Shown: positions 1 through 7,947 of the stretch, piece by piece
Layout: each line of letters opens with the position of its first letter
Position numbering within the stretch: position 1 is the stretch's first letter
Position numbers and translations under genes: made by a program
From: Promethearchaeota archaeon
Lineage (GTDB): Archaea; Asgardarchaeota; Lokiarchaeia; Sigyniarchaeales; SOKP01
Direction of reading: 5' to 3'
Length of the DNA: 36,608 bases
NCBI GenBank assembly: GCA_030610785.1
Contig: JAUWRB010000002.1
Coordinates: 1-36,608, forward strand
Notes under the pieces: generated by a model
Told to the model about the DNA's origin: nothing
Seen by the model: only the letters and a program-made list of their open reading frames with translations
The model's database searches: none

Positions 1-123
1 ATCACGATCATTAAAAATAATGATAATACCATTGGAACGATGGGAATTCACGCCTTTGGAGATCGTGTAAGACCTTATTTCGTTAAGGCAACGGTCAACG
101 AATTAGGAATCCATTGCCTTTAG
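1..123 (+). CDS. 3'-terminal fragment of a CDS entering from the left window edge; possibly the C-terminal tail of an IS200/IS605-family TnpB-like protein
   Basis: Frame 1 is open from nt 1 to TAG at 121-123 (ITIIKNNDNTIGTMGIHAFGDRVRPYFVKATVNELGIHCL*). It is absent from the ORF track because it is shorter than 60 aa. The segment is visibly more G+C-rich than the spacer that follows. The layout GT..G....G(D/E)..RP.....A..V.E.G....L-stop resembles, from memory, tails of archaeal TnpB proteins. Only 40 codons are visible, so the call is weak. Confidence 0.3.
   Translation: MTIIKNNDNTIGTMGIHAFGDRVRPYFVKATVNELGIHCL
3..120 (+). ncRNA. candidate structured RNA (two hairpins) overlapping the CDS tail; compatible with a TnpB omega/reRNA scaffold
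   Basis: CACGATC (3-9) is the exact reverse complement of GATCGTG (61-67). AAGGCAACGG (85-94) pairs with CCATTGCCTT (111-120) with one mismatch and a 16-nt loop, ending just before the stop codon. No cloverleaf could be drawn, so it is not a tRNA. Confidence 0.2.
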
Positions 124-292
124 GCCATGGTAGTTCAATAATGATTTGATTAAAAAATTTAATTTTTAATCATTTACCTAATTTTAAAAAAATAATGGAA
201 TTCTAAATACTTGCTAATTAAAAATGGTCGAAAGGATCGAAAAGGATGTTGTAAACGAGCATTACGACAATTTACTGCTTCAAATATACGAG

Positions 293-1174
293 TTAAAAGA
301 GGCTTGCTAATATAAATGTAATTAATCCGAAAAACGCTCCAATCTTCAACGATAAACTGATTTTTTTAAAATCTTTTTTGTTCAGATTTTTATGAAAAGA
401 AGAAATTAAAGCATGAATAACAACGATTAATCCAAATATCATTGAAATAAAAAAAAACATTGGATTAATTATATCTGTAAAAAGTGGGAGAATGAAAAAT
501 ATAATTGCACAAGTATCAAACACAATTGAAATAAATATAGATTTTTTAATTCCAAATTTAATTGCCAAGGTTTTTACACCTTCCTTTTTATCCCCTTCAA
601 TATCTTCACATCCTTTAACAATTTCTCGAGAAAGTAAGAGAAAGAACGAAGTTAAAAAGAAGAAATAGATATAAGTTGGGACAATTGAACTATTTAAGAC
701 AGCTCCATAAATTAATCCAATTGAAAAAGATATGCCTACAATTATATTTCCTATAAATCCTTGCTTCTTTCCCCAGGCTGAATATGCCCACCCCATGAAA
801 GCAAAAAAAAGGGCTAAGATTATGTTTAGAAAACCTAAAGTAAAAATTAATGAATGAATAATCGAGAATATAATACCGATTCCACTCATTAAAAAAAATA
901 GAAATTTCGCTTGAGGAACGGTTATTCTTCCGCTTGGAATAGGTCGATTTGGTCGATTAATGACATCTATGCCTGAATTAAAATCGTAAATGTCGTTTAT
1001 TATCATACCTGAGCCAGCAATAAAAAAATAAGTGAGAATGCCTAAAATTAAAGTAATAACCAGTAAAAAGGTGTCTACTCCAGTTCTTGTGTTTAATATG
1101 CCAATAATAACTGTTAGAGAGCCCATAATACAGTTTACAGGTCTTATTATTTCGATGGCATCTCTAATTTTCAT
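293..1174 (-). CDS. UbiA-family prenyltransferase, most likely digeranylgeranylglyceryl phosphate (DGGGP) synthase
   Basis: Carries the first Asp-rich UbiA motif NDIYDFNSGIDVINRPNRPIPSG. It is a polytopic hydrophobic protein of 293 aa and lies next to other archaeal ether-lipid genes. Confidence 0.8.
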   Translation of the reverse strand: MKIRDAIEIIRPVNCIMGSLTVIIGILNTRTGVDTFLLVITLILGILTYFFIAGSGMIINDIYDFNSGIDVINRPNRPIPSGRITVPQAKFLFFLMSGIGIIFSIIHSLIFTLGFLNIILALFFAFMGWAYSAWGKKQGFIGNIIVGISFSIGLIYGAVLNSSIVPTYIYFFFLTSFFLLLSREIVKGCEDIEGDKKEGVKTLAIKFGIKKSIFISIVFDTCAIIFFILPLFTDIINPMFFFISMIFGLIVVIHALISSFHKNLNKKDFKKISLSLKIGAFFGLITFILASLF

Positions 1175-1298
1175 AATATGATTAATATAAACTCATTAAA
1201 TATATTTTTCTTATTTAACGAATTATTGCTGTTATTTGCAGAAGTCATAAAAAGCTTAAGTAAAAATCTTTTTAATTAAATAGCAATTATTTTATACT

Positions 1299-2462
1299 AT
1301 GGTTTTGTCAAAACGCGAGCGCGTGTTAAAAACTCTTGAACTTGATGGTGAACCAGATATTGTTCCAATTAATGTTTTTGGTTTTGAACATACCGGCACT
1401 TCTTTTAAAGATTTTAAGAATTCTAACGAAAGGAAAGAGTGCTTTAGTTTTGTAAAGTCTAAAACTTCTAAAATAAAATATTTCATTACAGAGCAGCGGT
1501 TTTGGAATGTTGATGCCCATGCGATGGATCCTTTTGGTATATCAAAACTGAAAATCAAGACTAAAAAAGCTCCACTTGACTTTCCAGATTGTCGTATTGA
1601 CACCATGGATGGAAGATTATATAAAAATGTGGAGCAAGTCGAGACTGGTTTGTCATATTCTTGGTATGTTGGAGGTTACTTCACAACACCAGAGATCTTA
1701 CATTCTTATTGGGATAAATATGGTAAACCTTCAGAGTTGATTAACGATAGAATTAACTATTCACCTCAAATTTGGGATGGTTTTGTAGAAGCGCTATCAC
1801 CTTATTTCTACCCAATGGCTAATTTACCAATAAATGCTTTTGAATCCTTATTTGGGGGCTTGACAATGGGTAGGGTAGCATATTACATGCGTAAAAACCC
1901 TCAATTCATTCATGAAGTCATGGATGAATATACTAAAGCGAACATCGAAATTGTCAAACGGTTTTCAGAAGCTGGAGTTGATGTGGTGTTCATGGGCGAT
2001 GATTTGGGTTATAAGGGACAAACAATTCTTTCTCTTAAAAATTTTCGCGAATTTAATCTTCCATGCTATAAAAAGATATATCACGAATGTAAAAAAAATG
2101 GAATGTTGGTTGTTCAGCATTCTTGTGGGAAGATTGATGATTTCCTACCAGATTTGACCGATGCGGGACTTAATTGTATCCAAGCTCTAGAAGCGACAGC
2201 AGGGGTCGATTTAGCGGGTTTAAAGGAAAGATTAGGGGATCGATTATGTTTCATGGGAGGATTGGATTCCTCTGGCGTGATTGCTTTTGGAAATCCAAAA
2301 GATGTTGAGGAAAATGTGAAAAAGTGTATAAAAGTAGCCGCTCATGGAGGAGGTTATTTTGTTGGACCAAGTCACGATATAATAGATATACCTTGGGAAA
2401 ATATTTTAGCAATGAGAGCCGCTATAGAAAAATATAGAAAATATCCATTATTTAATAAATAA
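1299..2462 (+). CDS. URO-D (uroporphyrinogen decarboxylase)/MtaA-like methyltransferase family protein (paralogue 1 of 4)
   Basis: The N-terminus RERVLKTLELDGEPDIVPI is typical of the family. Also present are VVFMGDDLGYKGQTILS and the H-x-C zinc-type motif VVQHSCGKIDDFLPDLTDAGLNCIQALE. Confidence 0.75.
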   Translation: MVLSKRERVLKTLELDGEPDIVPINVFGFEHTGTSFKDFKNSNERKECFSFVKSKTSKIKYFITEQRFWNVDAHAMDPFGISKLKIKTKKAPLDFPDCRIDTMDGRLYKNVEQVETGLSYSWYVGGYFTTPEILHSYWDKYGKPSELINDRINYSPQIWDGFVEALSPYFYPMANLPINAFESLFGGLTMGRVAYYMRKNPQFIHEVMDEYTKANIEIVKRFSEAGVDVVFMGDDLGYKGQTILSLKNFREFNLPCYKKIYHECKKNGMLVVQHSCGKIDDFLPDLTDAGLNCIQALEATAGVDLAGLKERLGDRLCFMGGLDSSGVIAFGNPKDVEENVKKCIKVAAHGGGYFVGPSHDIIDIPWENILAMRAAIEKYRKYPLFNK

Positions 2463-2465
2463 TAA

Positions 2466-2474
2466 TTTTTTTTT
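2466..2474 (+). terminator. oligo-T tract (T9) directly after the URO-D paralogue 1 stop codon; archaeal-style terminator candidate
   Basis: A run of 9 T starts 4 nt after the stop at 2460-2462. Oligo-T is the known archaeal termination signal, but the genome is AT-rich, so specificity is low. Confidence 0.3.
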
Positions 2475-2486
2475 GATTTTTATTTA

Positions 2487-3314
2487 TTATTTTAAAGCGT
2501 AATTATTATTCTTGGATTTACCTGCCTCTTTTATTTCATCGATGATTACTTTTAACGAGGAACCATTATCATTTACTATATTTTGTTCCAAAAAAGTACC
2601 CATAACAATGATACTCGCACCAGCTTCAACAAAACACCTTGCATCTTTTTTATCTTGGACACCACCACCAGTAATAATAGGAATGTTTAAAACTCTTGAA
2701 CATAATTCTATGTGTTCTACAGGAATTCTTAAACTACCGGATCCCGCTTCCAAATAAATAAATTTAAAGCCAAACATTTCTGCTGCCAGCGAATATGCGG
2801 CGGTTAATTTAGGTTTATTCCTTGGAAGTAGCTTTGCTTTCCCTAACCACCCCGCGGTACCACCAGGTTCTATTATTAAATAACCCATTGAGATATGCTC
2901 GAGATTTGCTAATTTAATCGTATAAGAGGCAATAGCTTGCTGTCCTATTATAAAATAGGGGTCATCAGAATTTAATAAAGACATGAAGAAGATTGCGTCG
3001 GCTTTTTTAGAGATATTGGATAAGCCTCCAGGAAAAATAATTATTGGTACCTCTACTTTTTTTTTTATTAATTCAATCGTTTTATCTACATAACCTTGGT
3101 CACATATAGTGCTCCCTCCTATTAAAATAGCGTCTGTTCCAGCGTCAACCGCAAATTTGGCAATTTTCGCAGCTTTATTAGGATTTTGTTTAATAGGGTC
3201 AGGATCTATTAATGAGAAGTGGAGGACCCCTTCAGCGTTTAATTTATTAATTATAAATTCATAAGTGCTCTCTTCGAAACATTCGTTAATTAATTTTTCA
3301 ACCATGAATATCAC
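2487..3314 (-). CDS. geranylgeranylglyceryl phosphate (GGGP) synthase, PcrB/GGGPS family
   Basis: Family motifs HFSLIDPD, ILIGGS, FIYLEAGSG and IITGGGV (phosphate-binding TIM-barrel motifs). The start may be the internal MVEKL (nt 3305). It overlaps the end of the upstream reductase gene, suggesting co-translation. Confidence 0.85.
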   Translation of the reverse strand: MIFMVEKLINECFEESTYEFIINKLNAEGVLHFSLIDPDPIKQNPNKAAKIAKFAVDAGTDAILIGGSTICDQGYVDKTIELIKKKVEVPIIIFPGGLSNISKKADAIFFMSLLNSDDPYFIIGQQAIASYTIKLANLEHISMGYLIIEPGGTAGWLGKAKLLPRNKPKLTAAYSLAAEMFGFKFIYLEAGSGSLRIPVEHIELCSRVLNIPIITGGGVQDKKDARCFVEAGASIIVMGTFLEQNIVNDNGSSLKVIIDEIKEAGKSKNNNYALK

Positions 3315-4743
3315 TTTTTAAAAAATTTTTATCCGTTTTAGTTTTTATTATCATTTTTTTTATCTTGTCGTAAATTTCTATAACTTTATTCTTCCAATCT
3401 CCAAATTTGTCAATATCTTTTGGAAATTTTTTATAAAGACTATATATCTCTTTCATTTTTATTCTAAGATAATTTAAGTCTAATAACAAGTTGGGACGAC
3501 TAATCCCCTTAAATGCTTTAATTGCCATGTTCATTAAATCTAATTTCATGCTACCAGTAGAGGATATTTCTAAAATTTCGTCTCCACTTAATAAATCGCG
3601 TTCTAAACCAAAATTTAAATCTTGATTGGAAAGAACCTGTAATACCATTCTTAATAAATCTAACGAAGCAAATTCCGCTCCAAAACTGGTCATGACATCA
3701 TGATTATAGGGCCATAACATCTTTAAAGAAGTATCATCCTCTTCGATAGCATTAACTATCGTGCTTGCTGCCATATATCCCGCTCTCATCGAAGGATCAA
3801 TCCCTCCCCCGTGAAGAGGATTAACTTGGCAACCAGCATCCCCAATTAAAATGAATCCATCATCGGCACACGACCAAAGCGGTCTTCTTACGGGTGCAAC
3901 GCCCCCTCCAGAGGAAAGTATTTCAAATTTAGTAGTAGTTACGAATTTATTAAACGCATTTTTTTTATATAATTCTTTAACCTTTCCACCATAATTCATG
4001 AACGTGCCTAATCCGATATTTATCGAGGTTTCATTTTTAGGAAAATACCAGATATAACCGCCCGGAGCTTTTTCCTGATCTAATATTATTGTAATATATT
4101 CAGGGTCTTTTAATTGTTGATCTTGTGGAGAAAATTTCACAATCTCTCGGTAACACAAAATTGAATCTTCTTTTAAAATTTCCTTTTCTATTATTGAACT
4201 TTTAACTTTTTTTCTTAAAGGTGAGTAATAACCAGTCGCATCTATCGTGACTTTAGCCCAGAGATCGAATTTTTCACGGTTTTTTACTCGTACTTTTATT
4301 CCTGAGACGTGACTATTTTTATATAATAAATCTAAAGCCATTGTATTATCTAAAAATTGCGTTACTCCAGCGTCAAGAGCCTCGTCTAATAGTCTTTGTC
4401 CAAATTCTAATCTATTAACAATATAACCCGCTTGTTTAGGATCAGTTAAATTAATGCATTTTTTTTCATTGGGAGAGTATAATTTGGCTCCCTTTATACG
4501 ACACGATAACTCCTCATCCTTAGGATGATTTATTTTTAGAATATCAAAAATTTCGTTTCCTACTGCGTCTCCGCATATTTTAGTTCCAACTTGGCTCCTT
4601 TCCTTTCTGTCAATTAAACATACATTCAAACCTTTCTGAGCTGCGAATCGAGCTGCTGTAGAACCACCCGTTCCGGCGCCAACGACTATAACATCGAACT
4701 TTTTTTTTATATTTTCCATATTCATTAAATGAGATCTTATCAT
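3298..4743 (-). CDS. FAD-dependent geranylgeranyl reductase (digeranylgeranylglycerophospholipid reductase family), long form
   Basis: Has the dinucleotide fold FDVIVVGAGTGGSTAARFAA and the motif GDAGCQVNPLHGGGI typical of the GGR family. The real start is probably MNMEN/MENIKKK, a few codons inside the ORF. A C-terminal tail of about 80 aa extends beyond the usual ~400-aa core. Confidence 0.8.
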   Translation of the reverse strand: MIRSHLMNMENIKKKFDVIVVGAGTGGSTAARFAAQKGLNVCLIDRKERSQVGTKICGDAVGNEIFDILKINHPKDEELSCRIKGAKLYSPNEKKCINLTDPKQAGYIVNRLEFGQRLLDEALDAGVTQFLDNTMALDLLYKNSHVSGIKVRVKNREKFDLWAKVTIDATGYYSPLRKKVKSSIIEKEILKEDSILCYREIVKFSPQDQQLKDPEYITIILDQEKAPGGYIWYFPKNETSINIGLGTFMNYGGKVKELYKKNAFNKFVTTTKFEILSSGGGVAPVRRPLWSCADDGFILIGDAGCQVNPLHGGGIDPSMRAGYMAASTIVNAIEEDDTSLKMLWPYNHDVMTSFGAEFASLDLLRMVLQVLSNQDLNFGLERDLLSGDEILEISSTGSMKLDLMNMAIKAFKGISRPNLLLDLNYLRIKMKEIYSLYKKFPKDIDKFGDWKNKVIEIYDKIKKMIIKTKTDKNFLKSDIHG

Positions 4744-4767
4744 AAAAATAAAGAAAAAAAATAGAAA

Positions 4768-5508
4768 TTAAATTAAAGTTAAAAGAAACATTATAAGAGT
4801 AGTAAGAATTGGTACAGTCAAATCATCCCAGGTTGAAGGAGAAATCAATTCTATAATGGTTGCTAAGACACTTGTGATTAATGAGAAAAGCAAAACTTGT
4901 TCTACTGTTAAATGAATTTGAGTAATCGGATTAGTTAAACCAAACACGGTATATGAGAAAAGACAAACTAAAAATGCGCATGTAAAAAAAGTTAGTGAAC
5001 CTTCTAAGGTTCTTATAGTATTAAGCCATGGGAGTTTTATTTTTATTTTTCCGTATTTTTTTCCAATAATCGAAGCAAGAGTATCAGCAATTATCATGAT
5101 TAATATTCCAGCGATTGGAAAATACATTTGATCCGAAGCAAAAATAGCGAAAAAAGTTACTAAGGACAAGATTGCAAGACAATAATGGAAAGGTCCTTGT
5201 AAATATCCCGCTTTTTCTTCGGCTTCTTCGCCGATTGAATCGTACAATTCCTTTAATTGTTTAACCTTACTCTCTTTTGAACTAAGGAAAGTTAATATAG
5301 TAAGCGATCCCGCAATTATTACAGCAAACCATACCCAATCAAAAAATGGTGTGCTCAAAATGCTCAGTCCCGCAAACAAATGTACTATCTTGCGAGCGGT
5401 AAATTTTGAAATTTTATCTCTCTTTTTCAATTGAATTGGAACTTGAATAGCTACAACGATATAGAGGTATGTTAAAAACACAAAGAATAAATCAAGTAAT
5501 AAGGTCAT
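4768..5508 (-). CDS. CTP-dependent polyprenol kinase family membrane protein (dolichol kinase / phytol kinase / cytidylyltransferase superfamily)
   Basis: A polytopic membrane protein with the motif IIADTLASIIGKKYGKIKIKLPWLNTIRTLEGSL. This matches the D..A..(I/V)G...G..K.......K(T/S).EGS signature of dolichol/phytol kinases. It lies 24 nt upstream of the reductase gene on the same strand. Confidence 0.6.
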   Translation of the reverse strand: MTLLLDLFFVFLTYLYIVVAIQVPIQLKKRDKISKFTARKIVHLFAGLSILSTPFFDWVWFAVIIAGSLTILTFLSSKESKVKQLKELYDSIGEEAEEKAGYLQGPFHYCLAILSLVTFFAIFASDQMYFPIAGILIMIIADTLASIIGKKYGKIKIKLPWLNTIRTLEGSLTFFTCAFLVCLFSYTVFGLTNPITQIHLTVEQVLLFSLITSVLATIIELISPSTWDDLTVPILTTLIMFLLTLI

Positions 5509-5712
5509 TTTAATATCATTTATTTTTATTGTTAAGCAAAAAAAAAATTTTATTAATTAAAAATAAAATCATTTAAATAATAATATGAAATGTTACGAAA
5601 TAAATGATTAAAAAAAATACTGTGGATATTCTTATTATAATTAAAAAATAATATTTTTTAAAGAAAATATATAGATTAGTTGTCTGTTTAAAAATAAAAT
5701 AGGTGTTAAAAA

Positions 5713-6189
5713 ATGCCAATATTTAACTCCATGATATTGATCTTAATTACATAAAGAAGGGCAAAGGTGAGACTTTATTATTAGTTCAAGGGCTTGGACA
5801 GAATTTAAGCGGCTGAACCCTTCAATTAACATTCATTAAACGAAAAATGAAAGTTATTTCTTTTGATAATCGAGAAATTTTTTGAAAATCTGAAATACAC
5901 GATGATGTTTGAAGATCCTATTACCATGCAAGATTATAGAAATCAAGCAGATGCGATTAATAACACGCATGATACGCGTGAGGCATTGCATAAGATTAAG
6001 CAACCTAGTTTAATAATGGTGGGTACTGCTGATCAGCTAATTCCTAAAGAAGAATCTGAATTCTTGAACGAAAAGATTCCAAACTCAAGAATGGAGATTT
6101 TTGAGGGTCTTGGACACGGATTTATTATAGAACAACCTGAAAAAGTTAATAATTTGATGTGGAGTTTTATACAAGAACATCTTGGATAA
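5713..6189 (+). pseudogene. decayed alpha/beta-hydrolase-fold gene (frameshifts, nonsense codon, internal deletion)
   Basis: ATG at 5713 (MPIFNS...) is followed by a frame change to LHDIDLNYIKKGKGETLLLVQGLGQNLSG*TLQLTFIKRKMKVISFDNR. This matches the N-terminal ..G.G..lll.HG.g.s...W......rVi.fD.RG layout, with TGA (5814-5816) where Trp is expected. The frame changes again into the annotated ORF 5863-6189, which is only the C-terminal end (MVGTADQLIP...EGLGHGFIIEQPEKV, catalytic His region). The nucleophile-elbow GxSxG region is missing. Confidence 0.6.
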
Positions 6190-6333
6190 AATAACGTCTT
6201 ACTTTATCCATTGTTATTACATGGTTTTCGGCTCTTTACTACTTCTTGAAAATTAATAAGTTTATTAGTTAGATAATATCAATTAATAAATTAGTAATTC
6301 TAATTTAAAATTAAAAAAGAAATTTTAAAAAAA

Positions 6334-7749
6334 ATGTCTGAACCAAAATTTGAAGGAAAAACTTTAGGTATTCCAGAACGAAGTACAAAAAAAATGGTAG
6401 GTTATTCTTTATCCGTGATTGTTAGTGGGTTATTGTATTCAATGTTTAATCAAATTCAATTTTTTGCTGTTTCATTACTCTTAATCCCACAAGCAACAAT
6501 AGCGATGATTTTTCTCATATATAGCATTGTGGATGGAGCCAATGACCCCCTTTTTGGCTATCTTGCAGATCGGTCTAAGAAATTCACATCAAAGTATGGT
6601 AAGCGCTTTCCATGGATCATCATTGGGACTTTTGTAAGCCCAGTATTTCTTATTTTGTGTTTCATTCCAATAAACACGGAAGCTGTAATATTATCTGCCG
6701 TAATATTAACCTTTTTTATGTGCATTTACGAATCACTTAGAACGGTTTCAGAGATAAATATAAGCGCCTTATTTCCCGACATGTTTCGAAGTGATCAACA
6801 AAGGCGAAAAGTTACTTCAATAGGAATTATTATTGGTATTATCAATTCTCTCTTGGGGGTTATTTTAATTCCATTATTGATATCTGCTTTAGGAGGAACC
6901 ACCAAGATAAGCGCATATATTGGCACCGTTATAATTATAGTTGTTATTGTGTGTCTAATAGCAATTCCTTTTAGCTTGGGTATTAGAGAACCTGACGACA
7001 TGAAAAAATTACGGACAAGATTAGATGTGGAAGCAAAAAGCACATCTCCAATTAAAGAGGTACTGGTTCGCATATTTAAGGATAAAAATTGGATGGCATT
7101 TACTTTAACATATTTTTTTTATACAATAGCGGGATATTGTGTATTAACTGGAATAAATTTTTATGTCATACATGGATTAGGACTCGATATTAGTGCCACC
7201 ATCATTCCTCAATTAGGGGCTCTTTTAATGGCTTTCGTTGCAATACCTCTTTTTTCAATGATAACAAAAAAATTCGGTGCAAAAATGGGTTATTTAATGA
7301 GTTTGATCTTCTACAGTATTTTTTTCATATTGTTCTTCGTATTTGTCAATGATATTATAGGATTTACAATATTGCTTTTATTGGTGGGTGTAGCTACAGG
7401 CGGCCATAATTACATGTATGCAATTATTTCTAGCGAAGCAATTGATAATGCTGTCGTGCAATCAGGCAAGCGTGAAGAGGCAACTTATAACGGTATATTA
7501 CGTATCTTCTCAGGGTTCTGTTATTTCTTCCAAGCATTGATTTTTACGATCGTAGGTACTATTACAGGATATAATGCCTCACTCGGAGCTAATCAAACTG
7601 AACTTGCTAAATTGGGGCTAAAAATGCAAATGTCCTTAATTCCATTGTTCATGATCGTGATTAGCATGATCATCTTGATAATATTTTACACGATTACAAA
7701 AAATGATGCTGAAGAAAATAAGGTAAAATTATTAGAAATGGGGCTTTAA
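6334..7749 (+). CDS. GPH-family (glycoside-pentoside-hexuronide:cation symporter, MelB/XylP-like) transporter
   Basis: About 12 hydrophobic segments. The loop motif DGANDPLFGYLADRSKKFTSKYGKRFPWII matches the characteristic D...DP..G...D.....G(K/R)(R/F)(R/K)P signature of GPH transporters. Confidence 0.8.
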   Translation: MSEPKFEGKTLGIPERSTKKMVGYSLSVIVSGLLYSMFNQIQFFAVSLLLIPQATIAMIFLIYSIVDGANDPLFGYLADRSKKFTSKYGKRFPWIIIGTFVSPVFLILCFIPINTEAVILSAVILTFFMCIYESLRTVSEINISALFPDMFRSDQQRRKVTSIGIIIGIINSLLGVILIPLLISALGGTTKISAYIGTVIIIVVIVCLIAIPFSLGIREPDDMKKLRTRLDVEAKSTSPIKEVLVRIFKDKNWMAFTLTYFFYTIAGYCVLTGINFYVIHGLGLDISATIIPQLGALLMAFVAIPLFSMITKKFGAKMGYLMSLIFYSIFFILFFVFVNDIIGFTILLLLVGVATGGHNYMYAIISSEAIDNAVVQSGKREEATYNGILRIFSGFCYFFQALIFTIVGTITGYNASLGANQTELAKLGLKMQMSLIPLFMIVISMIILIIFYTITKNDAEENKVKLLEMGL

Positions 7750-7773
7750 GCAGTCTAACCTAAAGAATAACAA

Positions 7774-7786
7774 TTTTTTTTTTTTT
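7774..7786 (+). terminator. oligo-T tract (T13) downstream of the transporter gene; terminator candidate
   Basis: An uninterrupted run of 13 T lies 25 nt after the stop at 7747-7749. Confidence 0.35.
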
Positions 7787-7866
7787 AAGTTAAAGTTTTT
7801 GCATACATGAATGTATTAGATCCTAATTTTACATAAGAATTCAGAAAAAAAATTAAAATTTTATTT

Positions 7867-7920
7867 AATTTTCATTCGAATTAAAAAGATTAAAATTTTC
7901 ATTTGAATTAAAAAGATTAA
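7867..7920. repeat. perfectly adjacent 27-bp tandem direct repeat (1 mismatch), each unit holding an 18-bp near-palindrome; candidate operator/promoter element
   Basis: Unit 1 (7867-7893) is AATTTTCATTCGAATTAAAAAGATTAA. Unit 2 (7894-7920) is AATTTTCATTTGAATTAAAAAGATTAA. Inside unit 1, TTTTCATTCGAATTAAAA (7869-7886) is palindromic around TTCGAA except for one symmetric pair. The repeat ends 27 nt before the ATG at 7948. Confidence 0.6.
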
Positions 7921-7947
7921 TATTAATAATTTATCTTATTTCATAAA

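Noticed and set aside
1-140. A G+C-enriched patch at the window start that might be a tRNA, 5S rRNA or C/D-box sRNA.
   Set aside because: No acceptor, D, anticodon or T cloverleaf, and no GTTCGAATC-like T-loop, could be drawn on either strand. The main hairpin has a 10-bp stem with a 16-nt loop, which is not tRNA-like. ATGAT-type strings are too common in this AT-rich DNA to call C/D boxes. It is kept only as a generic structured-RNA candidate.
5814-5816. TGA at a position where alpha/beta hydrolases have Trp, raising the idea of TGA=Trp recoding or an alternative genetic code.
   Set aside because: TGA clearly terminates well-supported genes in the same window, for example the oxidoreductase at 9205-9207 and the HD protein at 22438-22440. 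The hydrolase also has frameshifts and a deletion. A TGG-to-TGA mutation in a pseudogene is the simpler reading.
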